A stretch of 63,804 nucleotides of DNA, counting the filler, from Octopus bimaculoides (Eukaryota): assembly GCF_001194135.2 (NCBI RefSeq). It is 6 parts of 6 records of this genome, joined end to end, with 100 filler letters (N's around TTAATTAATTAA, not from the genome) between each part and the next. Parts side by side here need not be neighbours in the genome. Positions count along the whole stretch, not along the records: positions 60,096 to 62,682 come from NC_068983.1; positions 62,783 to 63,804 come from NW_026390380.1; 4 more parts are not named here. One strand, 5' to 3'. The notes beneath the pieces were generated by a model that had not been told where the DNA came from, made no database searches, and saw nothing but the letters and a program-made list of their open reading frames with translations. Made by a program: the position numbers and the translations under genes. Shown here in pieces: positions 61,477-63,804 of this stretch. Positions within the stretch are counted from its first letter, which is position 1, and every line of letters begins with the position of its first letter.

Positions 61477-62040
61477 TACACACACATATGTGCATACATA
61501 CATATGTATGTATACAGGCATGCATATATGGGTACAGGATGTCAAAAAACGTAAATAACATGAAATACGAAAATAACATTGGGTATGCAAAGAGTGAGAG
61601 AAAGAAATGGAAAACAAGACAAGTGACATAAAAAACGACCCTTCATCAGTTGTCAGCTGTCCTTCTCCTTATTTCAAGCAATGAACGACAAGATAAGACT
61701 TTGAAGGCAGTTGCCTCCATGAACCAAAATATAATTTGGGATTTGTGGAGGGTCAAAGTTGGTAACAAAAGCAGGACATACAACAAACCAAATGAAATGA
61801 ACACAAACAGAGAGGGCCATTATGCTCAGACGAGGTAATGTGTTCGTGCATCTGTGTTTGTTCCTCCACCAACGCTTGACAACTGATGTTGGTATGTTTA
61901 TGTCCCTGTAACTTAGCAGTTCGGCAAAAGGGATTGATAGAATAAGTACTAGGCTTATGAAGAATAAGTCCTAGGGTCGATTTTGTTTGACTAAAGGCGG
62001 TGCTCCAGCAAGTAAAAGAATAAAAGAATAAAAGAATAGG
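60922..62040 (+). mobile_element. Family B SINE halves: 5' (~60922-61025) and 3' (~61845-62040)
   Basis: gcgcaggagtggctg...gaaactgaaagaagcccatcgtata; cgcttgacaactgatgttgg...ctaaaggcggtgctccagc with an (AATAAAAG)n tail. Confidence 0.7.
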
Positions 62041-62410
62041 TGACAAATAAATTATGTTTAAAATTATTAGAAGAAAGTGATGAAAAGAATTATTTAAAAA
62101 TTATATAAAGAAGTGTATTAGATATAAAAATTTAGAATTTACGCTCATAAGCTAATAAGGATTATAATATATTTAAATATAAGGATAAAAAGATAAAATA
62201 TGCAACAAGTTATATAGAATATAAACTGTAAATATATATAATCATTAAGGAAATACATAAATAAAATACATAAAAAATATATAAAAGTATAAAAACTATA
62301 AAAAAATAAAAGAGTATAAAAATATAAGACAAATATTGAAAAATATAAGAAATTGATATAGAAATATATTTAAAAAATTATAAAGGTATATATGTATAAG
62401 AAATATTTAT
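62040..62410. repeat. A/T-rich low-complexity tract
   Basis: Direct reading. Confidence 0.8.
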
Positions 62411-62613
62411 AAGAAGATCTTTGTTTTTATTCCGTTAATTTGATAACTGTGTTCAATAAGTTGAACTGTCCTTTATGTTTGAAGATCATGAATTCATCTG
62501 ACGAAAACAGTTCCTTTGCAATGATTTAATGTCTGCATTAATCAATTAAAGGAGACATTAGAAACAGCCACAATGAATTGACACCTGTACCTCTTTGTTA
62601 CTCACTTATATAT

Positions 62614-62660
<47 letters not shown>

Positions 62661-62782
62661 CATACATACATACACACACACANNNNNNNNNNNNNNNNNN
62701 NNNNNNNNNNNNNNNNNNNNNNNNNNTTAATTAATTAANNNNNNNNNNNNNNNNNNNNNNNNNNNNNNNNNNNNNNNNNNNN

Positions 62783-63089
62783 TCGATCTTATCGACTAGC
62801 TCCTTCCCCCAAAATTTCGGGCCTTGTGCCTAAAGTAGAAAAGAATATTAACATGAAGTTTAAGGCGGTGAGCTGGCAAAAATGTTAGCACGCCGGGCGA
62901 AATGCTTAGCGGTATTTCGCCTGTCTTTACGTTCCGAGTTCAAATTCCGCCGAGGTCGACTTTATCTTTCATCCTTTCGGGGTCGATAAATTAAGTACCA
63001 GTTGCATACTGGGGTCGATCTTATCGACTAGCTCCTTCCCCCAAAATTTCGGGCCTTGTGCCTAAAGTAGAAAAGAATATTAACATGAA
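62783..63089 (+). mobile_element. Young family A SINE (short tail) preceded by an identical copy of its own 3' end
   Basis: tcgatcttatcgactagc...aatattaacatgaa is identical at 62783-62857 and ~63015-63089. CpGs are intact. Confidence 0.85.
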
Positions 63090-63514
63090 TTGTAACCTCT
63101 CTGAGAGATGTGATCATTACATCATGTCACATCTCGAAGTGTACGCTTTTGCAATCCAGAAGCAGGAGACAGCTTCGAAATAACTCATGAACAAACGGGA
63201 CAGCGAAGCTCTTAAACTCACAAGATGCAACCTCAAATGACGATTGTCACTTTTCTGTGGAGGACATACGAGTAACACACGCAATCAGTAGTTGCATAAA
63301 ATGTCATCGATGAAATATTAACTCCCACTGTGACATGGTGTTGTTGCTAAGACAATACACAATACTATCTGCTCCGAGATATAAATAAATAAATAAATAA
63401 ATAAGTAAATAAATAAATAAATAAACAAGTAACAGACTTGATATAGTTATTTGGGACAAGAAAGGAATATAGCTATAAAGCCATAATTGTTAGCTGTCCC
63501 GCAGATGTGCACAT

Positions 63515-63620
63515 ACAGGTGTAACAGTGTGATAAGAAGCTTGCTTCCCAACCACTCGGTTACGGGTTCAGTCCCAATGCGTGGTACTTTGGGCAGGTGT
63601 CATCTACTATAGCTTCGTAT
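63515..63620 (+). mobile_element. Family B SINE, 5' half
   Basis: ataagaagcttgcttcccaaccac...gggttcagtcccaatgcgtggtactttgggc. Confidence 0.8.
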
Positions 63621-63629
63621 GTGCGTGTG

Positions 63630-63642
63630 TGTGTGTGAGAGA

Positions 63643-63722
<80 letters not shown>

Positions 63723-63756
63723 AAGAGAGAGAGAGAAAGAGAGAGAGAGAAAGAGA

Positions 63757-63800
<44 letters not shown>

Positions 63801-63804
63801 AAGA
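63630..63804. repeat. (GA)n/(GAGAGAAA)n purine repeat
   Basis: Direct reading. Confidence 0.95.

Noticed and set aside
61625-61670. CTGATGA on the minus strand (and CTGACGA at ~678) as a hammerhead ribozyme core
   Set aside because: No stem II followed by GAAA and no closing helices were found.
62783-62857. Identical SINE tail duplicated right after a linker gap
   Set aside because: It may be a collapsed or overlapping contig end, so I do not treat it as a biological dimer.
50-63804. The many ORFs rich in YI/CV/HT/poly-residue or X runs
   Set aside because: They are read-throughs of microsatellites and N-gaps, not genes.

Overview
Eukaryotic, AT-rich, repeat-dominated scaffold DNA with many N-gaps. 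The tRNA-derived SINE families and microsatellite style point to an octopod cephalopod (Octopus-like); this is an inference with no database check. I recognise no intact protein-coding gene, tRNA/rRNA gene or CRISPR array, and nearly all listed ORFs are microsatellite or gap read-throughs. Recognisable content: (i) several tRNA-derived SINE families in dozens of copies, including head-to-tail dimers and nested insertions; (ii) decayed autonomous elements identified by translated motifs: a maT-like (DD37D-type) Tc1/mariner transposase, a Penelope GIY-YIG endonuclease, an RLE-type non-LTR tail, a piggyBac Cys-rich tail, several RTE pieces, a long L1/Tx1 ORF2 with a duplicated C-terminus, and an L2/Crack-like tail; (iii) MITE-like foldback palindromes; (iv) five 100-bp assembly linkers (44N-TTAATTAATTAA-44N). 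The most informative unexplained structure is a visibly CpG-depleted domain (~43.7-45.6 kb and ~49.2-60.0 kb) around a CpG-rich stretch that carries two inverted ACCGGAAGT (ETS) motifs. This suggests methylated gene bodies flanking a possibly bidirectional promoter, with weak candidate small exons. I found no convincing new multi-gene system. The findings are repeat-biology and hidden-gene leads.
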